DNA from: Vicinamibacterales bacterium
Lineage (GTDB): Bacteria > Acidobacteriota > Vicinamibacteria > Vicinamibacterales > UBA8438
NCBI GenBank assembly: GCA_965249175.1
Contig: OZ252227.1
Span: 6,128,043-6,192,042, forward strand
Length of the DNA: 64,000 nt
Direction: 5' to 3'
Both the position numbers and the translations under genes were made by a program. The notes under the pieces were generated by a model. The model was not told where the DNA came from, did no database searches, and saw only the letters and a list, made by a program, of their open reading frames with translations. The first letter of the stretch is position 1, and the number at the start of each line of letters is the position of its first letter. This document shows positions 44,781 to 55,418 of this stretch, in pieces.

Positions 44781-47700
44781 GTGGCACTCGAGAATCCACC
44801 AGCGACCGATCCATCCCCGCCCGTAACCTCGGTCGCGATCCTTTCTGCTCCCGACGCCTCGACCCGTCTGGACGCCGCGCGAGCCTTCCTCGAGCCACAC
44901 GCGGCGGGGCACGAGCTGCTGCTCGTCGGCGAGACGCGTGAAGCGGCCGACGATCTCGCGCACGAGATCGCGGGACGTCTCGGGGCGACCTTCGGACTTC
45001 ATCGATTCAGCGTGCGGCAGCTTGCGGCCCGGATCGCAGCCGTTGATCTTGCTCGGGCCGGGTCCGCGCCGGCCACCCCGCTCGGGGTGGAGGCGGTCGC
45101 GACGCGCGCCGCGTTCGAAGAGATCGAGCGTGACGCACTCGACTATCTTCGTCCGATCGCGCGCCTCCGCACGTTTGGGCGTACGCTCGCCGCGACGCTC
45201 CGCGACCTTCGGCACGCCGAGGTGCCGGTGGCGCAGGTGAGCCGTCTCGAGTCAGTTGGACGTGACCTCGGTGTGCTGGCCGCGGGTTACGCACAGCAGC
45301 TCGACCAGGCTCGGCTCGTCGATGCGCCGATGCTGTATCGGGTGGCTGCGGCCGCCGCGGCGCGCGGGGTCGCCCGACCTCCACTCGGTGTCCCCACGGT
45401 GCTCCTCGACGTGGCGGTCGCTGACGACGCGACGCTGGCGCTGATCGCATCGGTCGCGGCCCGTGCCCCGCGGGTCCTGGCCACCGTGCCGTCTGGTGAC
45501 GACCGCACGCTGGCCGCGCTCCGGCGCCTACCGGGTGCCACGGACGCCGTGGCCGCAGACGATGGGGCCGCAGACGGCGGCACCACGGGCCGCGCGCTCG
45601 GACGCGTGCGCCGATACCTGTTCACGGCTGACGACCCGCGGGCGATCGACGACGCGAACGCAGCACCTGAAGTCACCTTCCGCTCGGCTCCCGGCGAGGA
45701 ACGGGAGTGCGTCGAGATCGCGCGGACGATGCTGCAGGAGTCGGCACGGGGGGTGAGCTTCGATCGGATGGCTGTGCTGCTCCGGTCGCCGCGCGTCTAC
45801 GGTGGCCTGCTCGAGACGGCGTTGAAACGAGCGGGGATCGACGCCTGGTTCGCGAAAGGTACGCACACACCTGACCCGGCGGGGCGCGCCTTCCTCGCCT
45901 TGCTCGCCTGTGCCGCAGAACGGCTCTCGGCGCGCCGGTTCTCCGAGTACCTGTCGCTCGGCCAGGTGCCTCGGCTCGACGACGACGGCGCGCCCCCGGT
46001 CGACCGCGGACGATGGGTGGCGCCCGATAGCGTCGCCGAGGTGGTGCCGGTGCCCGCGCTCCCCGCGCAGCTCTCGCTGCTGGCTCTGCTCGAAGCCGAG
46101 GACGCCTCGCCCGGTGAGCCGACGGATGCCGATGCCAATGCCGTGGACGGCGACGCGTCGCCCGTCGTGGCCGGCACGCTGCGCGCGCCGTGGCGCTGGG
46201 ATCGCCTCCTCGTCGAGTCCGCGGTGATTGGCGGGCAAGCGCGATGGGCGCGACGGTTGACCGGTCTCGCGCGCGAGCTGGAGTTGAAGCGCGCGGAGCA
46301 TGCGGCGGACGATCCCGACTCCTCGCGCGTGCGCGGAATCGATGACGACCTGCGCAACCTCGAACATCTGCGACGGTTTGCGTTGCCGGTGATCGGTCGG
46401 CTGGCCGCGTTGCCCGCCGAGGCTTCGTGGGGTCAGTGGCTGGATCTCCTCGATGACCTGGCGCCGATGGTGCTCGAGGACCCGGATCGTGTGCTCGCGG
46501 TGCTCGCCGAGCTTCGTCCGATGGCCCGTGTGGGTCCGGTGCCACTGCTGGAGGTGCAGGACGTCCTCGCGGAGCGGCTGACCGAGCTGCAGGCCGAGCC
46601 ACCGCGCCGGCGGTTTGGCCGGGTCTTCGTCGCCGCACCGGAACATGTGCGAGGCCGTCGGTTCACGGTCGTGTTCATTCCGGGTCTTGCCGAGCGCGTC
46701 TTTCCGCAGAAGCTCCGCCAAGACCCGTTGTTGCTCGATGAGCACCGTGCCAGCCTCAACGCCGGCGCGGACGCGGCACGTCTCGGTTTGCCGGATCAGC
46801 ATGACCGCAACGCCCACGAGAAGCTGTTGCTGCGTCTGGCCGTGGGCGCCGCCACCGACCGTGTCCACCTGTCCTACCCGCGTCTCCAAGCTAGCGACGG
46901 GCGCCCACGGGTCCCGTCCTTCTACGCGCTGGACGTCGAGCGCGCCCGCCGTGGGGTCATGCCGAGTTTTCAGGCGGTCGAGGAACGGGCGTTTCTCCAG
47001 GCGGGCGCGCGGCTTGCCTGGCCGGCGCCGGCGGACGCGGCGCTCGCCATCGACGATGCCGAACACGACCTGGCGATCCTCGGTCCACTGTTGCACCGGA
47101 CGGTCACGCCCGAGATCGCCGGTCGTGCTCGATACCTGCTGACTCTGGACCACGGGCTGCGGCGGTCGCTCCTCACGCGATGGGCGCGCTGGAAGCGACC
47201 GTGGTCGAAATACGACGGGCTTTACGACCTCGATGCCGGCACGATCTCTATGCTCGCCGCGCACCGCCTCGACGCGCGTCCGTACTCCGTCTCGTCGCTG
47301 CAACGGTTCGCGACGTGTCCGTACCAGTTCCTGCTCGGCGCGCTGTATCGTCTCCAACCACGCCAGGATGTCGAGCCGCTCGAAAAGCTAGACCCGCTGA
47401 CCCGGGGCCGTATGGTCCACGAAGTGCAGGCCGAGCTCATGCGCGAGCTGAAGCGCCGCGAGGCACTACCGGTGACGGTGGCACGGATCCCCGATGCCGA
47501 AGCGGTGCTCGATGAGGTCCTCGACCGGGTGGCGGCCGCCTACGCGGAACAGCTCGCGCCGGCCATCGATCGGGTGTGGCGGGACGAGATCGAGGCGGTG
47601 CGCGCCGATCTCAAAGGATGGATCCACCACGTAGCGAACGAAGACAGCGAGTGGATCCCCATTCGCGCGGAGTTCGGATTTGGCTTCGCGCCGGGGGGCG

Positions 47701-48209
47701 GCCGGGATCCCGAGAGCGTGCCGGAACCGGTGACCCTCGACGGGCGGTGGCAGTTGCACGGTGTCGTCGATCTCATCGAAGCAAAGGCGGGGCCAACGCC
47801 CCACGGCGAGCTCCGGGTCACCGACCACAAGACCGGGAGGAACCGAACGCGCGAGCGGATGGTGGTTGGACGCGGTGAAGTGCTGCAACCCGTGCTGTAC
47901 GGCTTGTCCGTCGAGCAGGCCATCGGTCGCGTGGTTGGCGAGTCGCAGCTGTTCTTCTGTACCTCGACCGGCGCCTTCGCGCGCCGGTCCGTGTCGCTCG
48001 GCGAGCGCGAGCGCCGATCCGGCATCGAAGTGCTGGAGATCATCGATCGGGCGGTGGCGGGAGGCACGTTCCTGCCGGCGCCACGCGAAGGCGCGTGCCG
48101 ATGGTGTGACTACCGTGAGGTGTGCGGTCCGTGGGAGGAGCGGCGGGCGCGCTACGTAAAGGACGACACCAAGCTCGTCGATCTCTTCGCCCTCCGCGGT
48201 TTGCCATGA
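44781..48209 (+). CDS. addB: AddB-type helicase-nuclease subunit (PD-(D/E)XK nuclease with Fe-S cysteines)
   Basis: GTG start with GGGGAG upstream. C-terminal nuclease with FATCPYQF ... DLIE ... DHKTG ... [11 protein letters not shown], the four-Cys iron-staple pattern. Confidence 0.8.
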   Translation: MALENPPATDPSPPVTSVAILSAPDASTRLDAARAFLEPHAAGHELLLVGETREAADDLAHEIAGRLGATFGLHRFSVRQLAARIAAVDLARAGSAPATPLGVEAVATRAAFEEIERDALDYLRPIARLRTFGRTLAATLRDLRHAEVPVAQVSRLESVGRDLGVLAAGYAQQLDQARLVDAPMLYRVAAAAAARGVARPPLGVPTVLLDVAVADDATLALIASVAARAPRVLATVPSGDDRTLAALRRLPGATDAVAADDGAADGGTTGRALGRVRRYLFTADDPRAIDDANAAPEVTFRSAPGEERECVEIARTMLQESARGVSFDRMAVLLRSPRVYGGLLETALKRAGIDAWFAKGTHTPDPAGRAFLALLACAAERLSARRFSEYLSLGQVPRLDDDGAPPVDRGRWVAPDSVAEVVPVPALPAQLSLLALLEAEDASPGEPTDADANAVDGDASPVVAGTLRAPWRWDRLLVESAVIGGQARWARRLTGLARELELKRAEHAADDPDSSRVRGIDDDLRNLEHLRRFALPVIGRLAALPAEASWGQWLDLLDDLAPMVLEDPDRVLAVLAELRPMARVGPVPLLEVQDVLAERLTELQAEPPRRRFGRVFVAAPEHVRGRRFTVVFIPGLAERVFPQKLRQDPLLLDEHRASLNAGADAARLGLPDQHDRNAHEKLLLRLAVGAATDRVHLSYPRLQASDGRPRVPSFYALDVERARRGVMPSFQAVEERAFLQAGARLAWPAPADAALAIDDAEHDLAILGPLLHRTVTPEIAGRARYLLTLDHGLRRSLLTRWARWKRPWSKYDGLYDLDAGTISMLAAHRLDARPYSVSSLQRFATCPYQFLLGALYRLQPRQDVEPLEKLDPLTRGRMVHEVQAELMRELKRREALPVTVARIPDAEAVLDEVLDRVAAAYAEQLAPAIDRVWRDEIEAVRADLKGWIHHVANEDSEWIPIRAEFGFGFAPGGGRDPESVPEPVTLDGRWQLHGVVDLIEAKAGPTPHGELRVTDHKTGRNRTRERMVVGRGEVLQPVLYGLSVEQAIGRVVGESQLFFCTSTGAFARRSVSLGERERRSGIEVLEIIDRAVAGGTFLPAPREGACRWCDYREVCGPWEERRARYVKDDTKLVDLFALRGLP

Positions 48210-51200
48210 CAATGACACGGCGTCCGACACCGCTAGTCGATGCCGAGGCCCGCGATCGCATCCGCACCGCGCTCGACGACTCGCTCATCGTCGAAGCCGC
48301 GGCCGGGACCGGCAAGACCAGTGAGCTCGTCGCGCGCATCGTCAACGTGCTCGCGTCAGGCACCGCGCGGGTCGACGAGATCCTCGCCGTCACGTTCACC
48401 GAGAAAGCGGCCGGCGAGCTGAAGCTCCGGTTGCGTGAGGAGCTCGAGCGCGCACGTCAGACGCCGGATGGCATCGGTGGGGGCGGTGGCGCCGACGGGC
48501 ATCTGGAAACGCGCTCGCGTCAGCTGGAACACGCGATCGCGCATCTCGAGGAAGCCCAGGTCAGCACCATCCACGGGTTTTGCGCCGATCTCCTGCACGA
48601 ACGGCCGGTCGAGGCCGGCGTCGATCCGCGCTTCGGGATCCTGGCGGAGCCCGAGGCGCGCCGGCTCTTTGCCCAGGGATTCGACCTCTGGTTTCAGGAC
48701 GTCCTCGCGGATCCGTCCGAAGGGGTCCGGCGCGCGCTGCGCCGCCGCAAGACGCCGTTCCGCTTTGACGAGCCCGACGCAGCGACCGACAGTCCCACGG
48801 ACAGATTGCGTCGCGCTGCATGGCAGCTTGCCGAATGGCGTGATTTCACTGCTCAGTGGCGCCGCGAGGAGTTCCCGCGCGAGGCGGTGATCGATCAGAT
48901 CGTGGCCCATGTCAAGGAGTTCGCCGATCTCACCGACCAGGCTGGCAATCGAAAATACGATCGCCTCTTCCACGACACGCAGCCCGCGCGATTGGTGGCC
49001 CAAACCATAAAGACGACCGACGCCGTCCGGCCTCGGCGTCGCGACTACGACGGGATCGAGGCGTTGCTCGTCGAGCTTGCGGCCAACCGCACATTCACGA
49101 AACCCCGTCGGGGCGCCGGCGCGGACTATGCCGACGGCGTGGCGCGTTCGCATGTCGTCGAACGGCACACCAAGGTGGTCGAGATGCTGCGGCGGTTCAC
49201 CAAGGTCGCCGACGCGGATCTCGCCGCCCTGCTGCAACAGGAGCTACAGGCGGTCATCGAGCGGTATGGGGCGCTGAAATCCGACGCCGGCTATCTGGAT
49301 TTTGTCGACCTTCTCCTCAAAGCACGCGACCTCCTCACGCGCCATGACAGCGTTCGCCACGCCGCCCAGCAACGGTTCGCACGGGTGTTTGTCGACGAGT
49401 TCCAGGACACCGATCCGCTGCAGGCGGAGATCGTCCTCTTGCTCTCAGCGAACGACCCGGATGAGCGTGAGTGGCGGCGCGTGACCCCGGCGCCGGGCAA
49501 GCTGTTCATCGTCGGGGATCCCAAGCAGTCGATCTACCGGTTTCGCCGGGCTGACGTTGGGATCTATGAAGAGGTCAAGGGGCAGTTGGAGCGCGCCGGT
49601 GTCACCGCGGTCGAGCTCACAACCAGCTTCCGAGCCGTGCCAGCGATCCAGCGGCTGGTCAACGGGTCGTTTGCGCCGGTCATGCGCGCGACCCGTGCCG
49701 GCGGTGGACCGCGCGCGGCGTATGTGCCGCTGTCGCCGCACCGCGATGATGTGGAGACGCAGCCGTCCGTCGTGGCGTTGCCGGTGCCGCGTCCGTATGG
49801 CCACTACCGCGTCGCCGCCAAGGCCATCGACACCTCCGTCCCCCACGCCGTCGGCGCGTTCATCGATTGGTTGGTGCGCCACAGCGGCTGGACCATCACC
49901 CAACGGCGATCGGACGCTGGAGACGATGGCCCGGAGACGGGCCGCGTGCCGATCGAAGCCCGGCATATCTGCGTGCTGTTCCGGCGCTTCGAGAGCTTCG
50001 GCGGCGATGTGACCCGCGCCTACGTCAATGCACTCGAGGCGCGCGGTATCCGCCACCTGCTGGTCGGCGGGCGGACGTTTCATGAACGCGAGGAGGTCTC
50101 GACGGTTCGCGCGGCGCTTGCCGCCGTCGAATGGCCCGACGACGAGCTGTCGGTGTTCGCGACACTGCGTGGGTCGCTCTTCGCGGTCGACGACGAGACC
50201 CTCTTTGTCTATCGCCAACGGTTCGGACGACTCCATCCTTTCCGTGTCGCGAGAGCGTTGACTGGCGACGACGGCGCCGGCGACGACCGATTGCTCCCAG
50301 TGACCGACGCGCTCGAGTTGCTGCAGCGCTTGCATCGCCGTCGCAACCACGTCCCGGTCGCCGAGACGATCGGGCGGCTGCTCGAGGCGACTCGCGCGCA
50401 CGCGGGTTTCGTGATGCGCCCCGCGGGCGAGCAGGCGCTGGCCAACGTGCTCCAGATCGCGGAGATGGCCCGGCGTTACGAGGCCGGCGGCGGACTCTCG
50501 TTCCGCGGCTTCGTCGAGTATCTCCGGGACGAGGCGGCCGCGAGGCAGGCTGGTGAGGCGCCGATCCTCGAGGAGGGGAGCGACGGCGTGCGGATCATGA
50601 CCGTGCACCGCGCGAAGGGACTCGAGTTCCCGGTTGTGGTGCTGGCGGACCCGACGTGCAAGCTTCATCGCATGACCGCCAGCCGCTTCGTCGACGCGGA
50701 GAGCGGGTTGTGCGCGTTGCAGCTGGCGGGGTGGTCGCCGCTCGATCTGCTGGACCACGAGCCTCAGGAAGTCGACCGTGACAGGGAGGAAGGCATCCGC
50801 CTGGCGTATGTCGCCGCGACACGCGCGCGCGACCTGCTGGTTGTGCCCGCGGTCGGGGATGGGCCGCACGAGGGTGGGTGGCTGAGCCCACTGCACCCGG
50901 GGCTCTACCCACCGACGGCGACGCGCCGCGCGCCCGAGCTCGCCCCGGGGTGTCCGCGATTCGGTCTCGATTCGGTGCTCGAGCGGCCGGATGGGGATCC
51001 AGCCGGCAACGAGACGGTCGCACCTGGCTTGCACACGATGGCCACATCCGCATCGGCGGATGGACAGGGCGCGAGCGTGGAGCGCGGCAAGATCGTGCCG
51101 TTCCCCGGCACGACGCCCGCGCCCTCCAGTGCCGAGGCTTTCGCTGAAACCTACGGCGTCGTGTGGTGGGATCCCGCGCAGCTGACGCTCGACGTCGATG

Positions 51201-51889
51201 CCCGGTTCGGGATCCGGCAGGAGGAGCTGCTCTCGAAGAACACGCCGCCCGAGGTCGTCGAGGAGGACCTGCAGCGCTACCGCGGGTGGCGGCGTCGCCG
51301 CGATGAAGCGATCGCGCGCGGGGCGCGGGCGAGCCTCGTCGTCGAGACGGCGACCGAGCGTGCGCGGGCCGCAATCGGCGGCCGCGACGCGTCTCCGCCG
51401 GTCGAGATCATCGAGCTTCCGATCGATTCGGCGCGACCGACTGGCGCGCGGTTCGGCTCGGTGGTGCATGCGGTCCTGGCAAGCGCGCCGCTGGATCTGC
51501 CCGCGGCGTCCGCACCGCTCGACGAGTTGGCGATGCTCCATGGGCGCATCCTCGGGGCGCCGGCGGGCGAGATGGCCGCGGCGTCAGCAATTGCGCGCGC
51601 GACACTCGACCACCCGCTGCTGGCGCGCGCGCGCGCCGCCGCCACACGGGGCGACTGCCGGCGCGAGGCGCCGGTCACGATGCGAGGCGACGACGGCACG
51701 CTGGTGGAAGGGATCATCGATCTCGCGTTTCGTGAATCCGCCGGCTGGACGGTCGTCGACTACAAGACCGATGCAGAGCTGGCCGGAACCGACGCCCTCG
51801 AGATCTACCGGCAGCAGGTGGCGCTGTATGCAGCGATGATCGCCCGGGCCACGGGAGAAACCGTGACACCCATCCTGATGCGGGTGTGA
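48206..51889 (+). CDS. addA: AddA-type UvrD/Rep helicase with C-terminal PD-(D/E)XK nuclease
   Basis: From ATG 48206 (ATGA overlap with addB). [41 protein letters not shown]-terminal GIIDLAF...VVDYKTD. Confidence 0.88.
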   Translation: MTMTRRPTPLVDAEARDRIRTALDDSLIVEAAAGTGKTSELVARIVNVLASGTARVDEILAVTFTEKAAGELKLRLREELERARQTPDGIGGGGGADGHLETRSRQLEHAIAHLEEAQVSTIHGFCADLLHERPVEAGVDPRFGILAEPEARRLFAQGFDLWFQDVLADPSEGVRRALRRRKTPFRFDEPDAATDSPTDRLRRAAWQLAEWRDFTAQWRREEFPREAVIDQIVAHVKEFADLTDQAGNRKYDRLFHDTQPARLVAQTIKTTDAVRPRRRDYDGIEALLVELAANRTFTKPRRGAGADYADGVARSHVVERHTKVVEMLRRFTKVADADLAALLQQELQAVIERYGALKSDAGYLDFVDLLLKARDLLTRHDSVRHAAQQRFARVFVDEFQDTDPLQAEIVLLLSANDPDEREWRRVTPAPGKLFIVGDPKQSIYRFRRADVGIYEEVKGQLERAGVTAVELTTSFRAVPAIQRLVNGSFAPVMRATRAGGGPRAAYVPLSPHRDDVETQPSVVALPVPRPYGHYRVAAKAIDTSVPHAVGAFIDWLVRHSGWTITQRRSDAGDDGPETGRVPIEARHICVLFRRFESFGGDVTRAYVNALEARGIRHLLVGGRTFHEREEVSTVRAALAAVEWPDDELSVFATLRGSLFAVDDETLFVYRQRFGRLHPFRVARALTGDDGAGDDRLLPVTDALELLQRLHRRRNHVPVAETIGRLLEATRAHAGFVMRPAGEQALANVLQIAEMARRYEAGGGLSFRGFVEYLRDEAAARQAGEAPILEEGSDGVRIMTVHRAKGLEFPVVVLADPTCKLHRMTASRFVDAESGLCALQLAGWSPLDLLDHEPQEVDRDREEGIRLAYVAATRARDLLVVPAVGDGPHEGGWLSPLHPGLYPPTATRRAPELAPGCPRFGLDSVLERPDGDPAGNETVAPGLHTMATSASADGQGASVERGKIVPFPGTTPAPSSAEAFAETYGVVWWDPAQLTLDVDARFGIRQEELLSKNTPPEVVEEDLQRYRGWRRRRDEAIARGARASLVVETATERARAAIGGRDASPPVEIIELPIDSARPTGARFGSVVHAVLASAPLDLPAASAPLDELAMLHGRILGAPAGEMAAASAIARATLDHPLLARARAAATRGDCRREAPVTMRGDDGTLVEGIIDLAFRESAGWTVVDYKTDAELAGTDALEIYRQQVALYAAMIARATGETVTPILMRV

Positions 51890-51902
51890 CACGAAGGCCC
51901 GC

Positions 51903-52111
51903 GTGAGCCGCCGGCGCTGGTGCGCGTCTGGCAGGAATGCATCAGTGACCCGCCGGCGCTGGTGCGCGTCTGGCAGGAATGCATCAGTGACCCGCCGGCG
52001 CTGGTGCGCGTCTGGCAGGAATGCATCAGTGACCCGCCGGCGCTGGTGCGCGTCTGGCAGGAATGCATCAGTGACCCGCCGGCGCTGGTGCCCGTGTGGC
52101 AGAATGCCTCA
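51903..52111 (+). repeat. Tandem array: 42-bp unit x ~5
   Basis: GTGACCCGCCGGCGCTGGTGCGCGTCTGGCAGGAATGCATCA. Units start at 51903, 51945, 51987, 52029 and 52071. Units 2-4 are identical, unit 1 has 1 mismatch, and unit 5 is 41 nt with several changes. Confidence 0.95.
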
Positions 52112-53008
52112 GTGACCCGGAGGAGCACGAAGCGGACCCGTGCGGACTCGCGGCCACGGCGCGCGCCGGGTCGCGTCGCCCGGCCACGCGCTACAGCTAA
52201 GCGCTGGGCGAGCGTGCCGCTGCTCGCCGCGCTGGCGCTCGCGGCGTTGATCACGAGCGGGTGGGTGCTCCGCTCGTCCCCCATGACGAGCTCTACAGCG
52301 GCCCAACCGGGTGTCGTCGTGCGCTCCCAGCGTGTCCAGGTGCTGCGGACGTTGCCACACGACACCACGGCGTACACCCAGGGACTGCTCTGGTGGGACG
52401 GCGCACTGTACGAAAGCACCGGTCAGGTCGGACGGTCGGAGCTCCGTCGCATCGATCCCGCCACCGGTCGCGCGGTGCAGCGCGTGGACATCTCGCGCGC
52501 CTACTTTGGCGAGGGTCTCGCCCGCGTGGGTGACCGCCTCATCATGCTCACGTGGCAGGCTCAACGCGCGTTGGTCCACGACCTGGCCAGTTTCGACCAG
52601 CTCGCGACATTCCGCTACCAGGGTGAGGGATGGGGCCTGTGCCACGACGGCACGCGCCTGATCATGAGCGACGGAACCGACGTGCTTACCTTCCGGGACC
52701 CCGAGTCGTTCAACGCCATCGGCCAGGTGCGCGTCACCTTGCGCGGTCGCCCGCTCATGCAGCTGAACGAGCTCGAATGCGTCCGCGGCGAGGTATTCGC
52801 CAACGTGTGGCAGGAAGACTACCTGGTGCGGATCGATCCGTCGAGCGGACGCGTCACCCACCAGATCGACGCGGCCGGTCTGCTGAGGCGGTCCGAATCA
52901 CTCGGTGTGGATGTGCTCAATGGCATCGCGTACGACCCCGACGCCGACACGTTCTACATCACGGGCAAGTGGTGGCCCAAGATGTTCGAAGTGCGGTTCG
53001 TGGAGTAG
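52112..53008 (+). CDS. Glutaminyl-peptide cyclotransferase (beta-propeller type), membrane-anchored or secreted
   Basis: TTAYTQGLLWWDGALYESTGQVGRSELRRID..., LNGIAYDPDADTFYITGKWWPKMFEV. TM/signal RWASVPLLAALALAALITSGWVL. The start is uncertain: GTG 52112, or upstream GTG 51920, which would include the repeats. Confidence 0.8.
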   Translation: MTRRSTKRTRADSRPRRAPGRVARPRATAKRWASVPLLAALALAALITSGWVLRSSPMTSSTAAQPGVVVRSQRVQVLRTLPHDTTAYTQGLLWWDGALYESTGQVGRSELRRIDPATGRAVQRVDISRAYFGEGLARVGDRLIMLTWQAQRALVHDLASFDQLATFRYQGEGWGLCHDGTRLIMSDGTDVLTFRDPESFNAIGQVRVTLRGRPLMQLNELECVRGEVFANVWQEDYLVRIDPSSGRVTHQIDAAGLLRRSESLGVDVLNGIAYDPDADTFYITGKWWPKMFEVRFVE

Positions 53009-53021
53009 AGGCGGCCTGCGA

Positions 53022-53050
53022 GGCAAGGCTGAAGCCTGCCCTACGTACGG
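53022..53050. repeat. REP-like hairpin plus conserved flank, same family as 9932-9959 but in opposite orientation
   Basis: GGCAAGGC-TGAA-GCCTGCC followed by CTACGTACG. The reverse complement shares CGTACGTAGGGCAGGC with the 9932-9946 copy. Confidence 0.65.
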
Positions 53051-53065
53051 CGCACACCGACTCGC

Positions 53066-54367
53066 CTACCGCCGCGGTGTGGCGGTTCGTGTGCCGCCGC
53101 CGCTACTGGCGCCGCCACCGCCTCGATACCCCCCCGAGCTGACGCCACCGCCCGAAGAGCTGCCGCCCGAGCGACCGGACGCGCCACCCTGCCCGCCGCC
53201 GTTCCCACCTCTCCCTGTCGCCTGCCGACCGCCCGCTTGTGAACGAGTGACGCGCGTGTAGCCACGGCTGGTGATCGCGCGGCCCGACGCCGCGGTCGTG
53301 TCGTTACGGAGGAGGATGAAGGGGCTGGCCGCGCCACCGTAGCCGTACAGATACGGGCTATACCCACTTCGCCAGCGGTTGTAGCCGAGCGGCGTGACGT
53401 AGTACGGGTAGAGGTCGTTGTACCAGATCGAGTCGTACCCGCCAAAGCCGCCGCCACCCCCGCTCGACCAGCCGCCGCCCCGGGACCGAGACTCGACGAC
53501 GAACTGTTCCGGGTAGGCCAGCGCCACCAGCAGGTCGATCACCTGATGGTCGAGGCCTGCGTCGTCCAGGGCCACCAGTGTGCCAGCATCGAGCGTGAAC
53601 CGAGGCTGCATCTCGACGAGCATCGCCTCGACGACGCGCGGTGCCGCCTTCTCCGCCGCCTCGCGCACGCCCGGCAGGCTGAGTGGTGCGGCGGTCTCGC
53701 GTCGCGCCTCGCGGACGACGACCGGGTCGATCTCGGTGTCAAACGCGGAGCCAAGCAGCTCCTGCCGCTGGTATTCGGTCGCCGGGTTGTATCGCCGGAT
53801 CTCGAGGTGTTGCTGTCCACCGATGTCGACGAGCTGGATGTCGACCCACGTGGAGGCGCTCGCCAGCAAGCTGATGCCATCGACCGACCGGGTCGGGCCA
53901 TCGCCGCACTGAAGCTCGGCGCGGGTAAAGAGTCGCCGGCCGCCGGCGGCCCACTCGCTGTGTTCCCATCCGGCGCAGTCACCGTCCTCGACGTCCTGGC
54001 GGACCCCGTCACCCGCCAGCCCTCGTTCGACGAGCACTTGCCCGTTTGCGACGGCACGCAGCGTGATGCCGGGACCGCGTTCGGCCGGTGTCAGGCAGAC
54101 GAAGGTGCGCTCCGGGAACTCGCGCCCCGGCTGCGCCTCGCGATCCACTTGCTCTTCCCACAGCTGCCAGCAGCCAAGCCAGGCCGTCCAGCGCGCGTCG
54201 AGGTTGGCGCTACTCGACGGCGCCACGACGGCGTGAGCCGTCGGCTCTTGCGCCGCCGCGACCGGCGCCTGGACGAAGACGAAGACCAGCAGCGTCAGTG
54301 CCGATGCCACCAGGAAGACACGCCAACCGCTGAATCTGGTACCCATTGGTGATACCCCCACATCCAC
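53066..54367 (-). CDS. Secreted hypothetical protein with Gly/Tyr/Ser-rich C-terminal low-complexity tail
   Basis: Signal/TM WRVFLVASALTLLVFVFVQAPVAAA. C-terminal ~130 aa rich in G, Y, S and R (GGGWSSGGGGGFGGYDSIWYNDLYPYY...). The start may be the ATG at 54346. Confidence 0.6.
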   Translation of the reverse strand: MDVGVSPMGTRFSGWRVFLVASALTLLVFVFVQAPVAAAQEPTAHAVVAPSSSANLDARWTAWLGCWQLWEEQVDREAQPGREFPERTFVCLTPAERGPGITLRAVANGQVLVERGLAGDGVRQDVEDGDCAGWEHSEWAAGGRRLFTRAELQCGDGPTRSVDGISLLASASTWVDIQLVDIGGQQHLEIRRYNPATEYQRQELLGSAFDTEIDPVVVREARRETAAPLSLPGVREAAEKAAPRVVEAMLVEMQPRFTLDAGTLVALDDAGLDHQVIDLLVALAYPEQFVVESRSRGGGWSSGGGGGFGGYDSIWYNDLYPYYVTPLGYNRWRSGYSPYLYGYGGAASPFILLRNDTTAASGRAITSRGYTRVTRSQAGGRQATGRGGNGGGQGGASGRSGGSSSGGGVSSGGYRGGGGASSGGGTRTATPRR

Positions 54368-54373
54368 TATGCG

Positions 54374-55177
54374 TCAGAACACGAACCGTATGCCAGCCGA
54401 AATACGGAGACCGGTCAGGTCGATCGGGTCGAACCCAGTGAAGTCACTTGTCACCTTCGCATCGGCCCAGACATACCGTGCTTCGCCGGTCAGGAACAGT
54501 TGGCGCATCAGCCTGATGTCGGCGCCGCCAAGCACGTGTGTGCTCGGCGTCCACGCGCTCGACTCGAGTCGCGCCGTAAAGATCGACAGGTCAAGGAAAT
54601 CGACGAAATCGCCGAGCTGCTCGACCTCGTAGCGCATCAGCCCGACACCGGCGCCGATATATGGAACGACGCGGTTCGGAATCCATGTGTATTGCCCGAT
54701 CGCGCGCCCGCGCGGCAGGATCGCCAGCACGATGCTGCCTGTCAGCTCGAGCTGACTGAGCGTGGTGTCTTGCTCGATGGGGATGCCGCTCTCGTCGAAA
54801 TCTCGGTATTCGGAGCGAGTCAACGTGCTCGTGAAGTCCAACCCGGCGCGCGCGTCGAGGCGTGACCCGAGCGCGAAGCCGACGTCGATCCCGATGCCCG
54901 GCGCATTGAAGTCGCGCTGCTCGAGTGTCAGCGTCTCGGTCAGGAAGTCGTACAGGTCGGTCTCCGGGTCGAAGAGGTCGCGTCCGGCGCGCGCCGCGAA
55001 CCATTGGCCACGGACGCCGACCGACGTCCCCGGCCGTCCGAACAGGAAATCGGGACCCGCTTGCTGCCCCGTCCCACCATCGGCGCCATCGGCAGAGACG
55101 ACCACGGGACGACCGGCGCCGATCAGGACGGCGATGGTGGCGCAGAGCGCAAGTCTGCCGTGACGACGCTTCCGCAT
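54374..55177 (-). CDS. Outer-membrane beta-barrel protein
   Basis: From ATG 55177 (MRKRRHGRLALCATIAVLIGA). Alternating amphipathic strands. C-terminal beta-signal ISAGIRFVF. Confidence 0.65.
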   Translation of the reverse strand: MRKRRHGRLALCATIAVLIGAGRPVVVSADGADGGTGQQAGPDFLFGRPGTSVGVRGQWFAARAGRDLFDPETDLYDFLTETLTLEQRDFNAPGIGIDVGFALGSRLDARAGLDFTSTLTRSEYRDFDESGIPIEQDTTLSQLELTGSIVLAILPRGRAIGQYTWIPNRVVPYIGAGVGLMRYEVEQLGDFVDFLDLSIFTARLESSAWTPSTHVLGGADIRLMRQLFLTGEARYVWADAKVTSDFTGFDPIDLTGLRISAGIRFVF

Positions 55178-55418
55178 GACAGTGGGGTGGTGCACGGTTT
55201 GTACCGGTAAACTGCCCGTTCTCACAGGGGTTGGCCCGCCGCGTATCGTCCCGTTATCGCGACACCTGTCAGGGCGGACGGACGGCGCGTTCGAGTCGTG
55301 CGTCGTCACATCAGCGACGTCGCCTGACCCCCCGGTTGACCCCAGAGTATACGGGCGGCCTGTGCTATGCTGCGAAGCCTTCAACGACACCGGACCTTCG
55401 TTCCCCCGGGAGCAATAG

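Noticed and set aside
45528-47357. 609-aa minus-strand ORF. Similar long ORFs include 49445..51541(-), 18904..20565(-), 58621..60573(-), 56774..58441(-), 5179..6597(+), 8190..9398(+), 22612..23811(-), 29419..30720(+) and 41885..43408(+).
   Set aside because: Each lies antisense to a gene with clear family motifs. Their translations are Arg/Gly/Pro/Asp-rich and have no recognisable domains. This is the expected stop-codon-poor shadow of high-GC coding sequence.
51925-52100. Sigma-54 promoter look-alike TGGCAGGAATGCA in every 42-bp unit.
   Set aside because: The GG-to-GC spacing is about 3 nt shorter than in the TGGCAC-N5-TTGC consensus, so it does not fit the -24/-12 geometry.
51903-52111. 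CRISPR array.
   Set aside because: The repeats are directly adjacent with no unique spacers, and there are no cas genes nearby. This is a simple tandem repeat.
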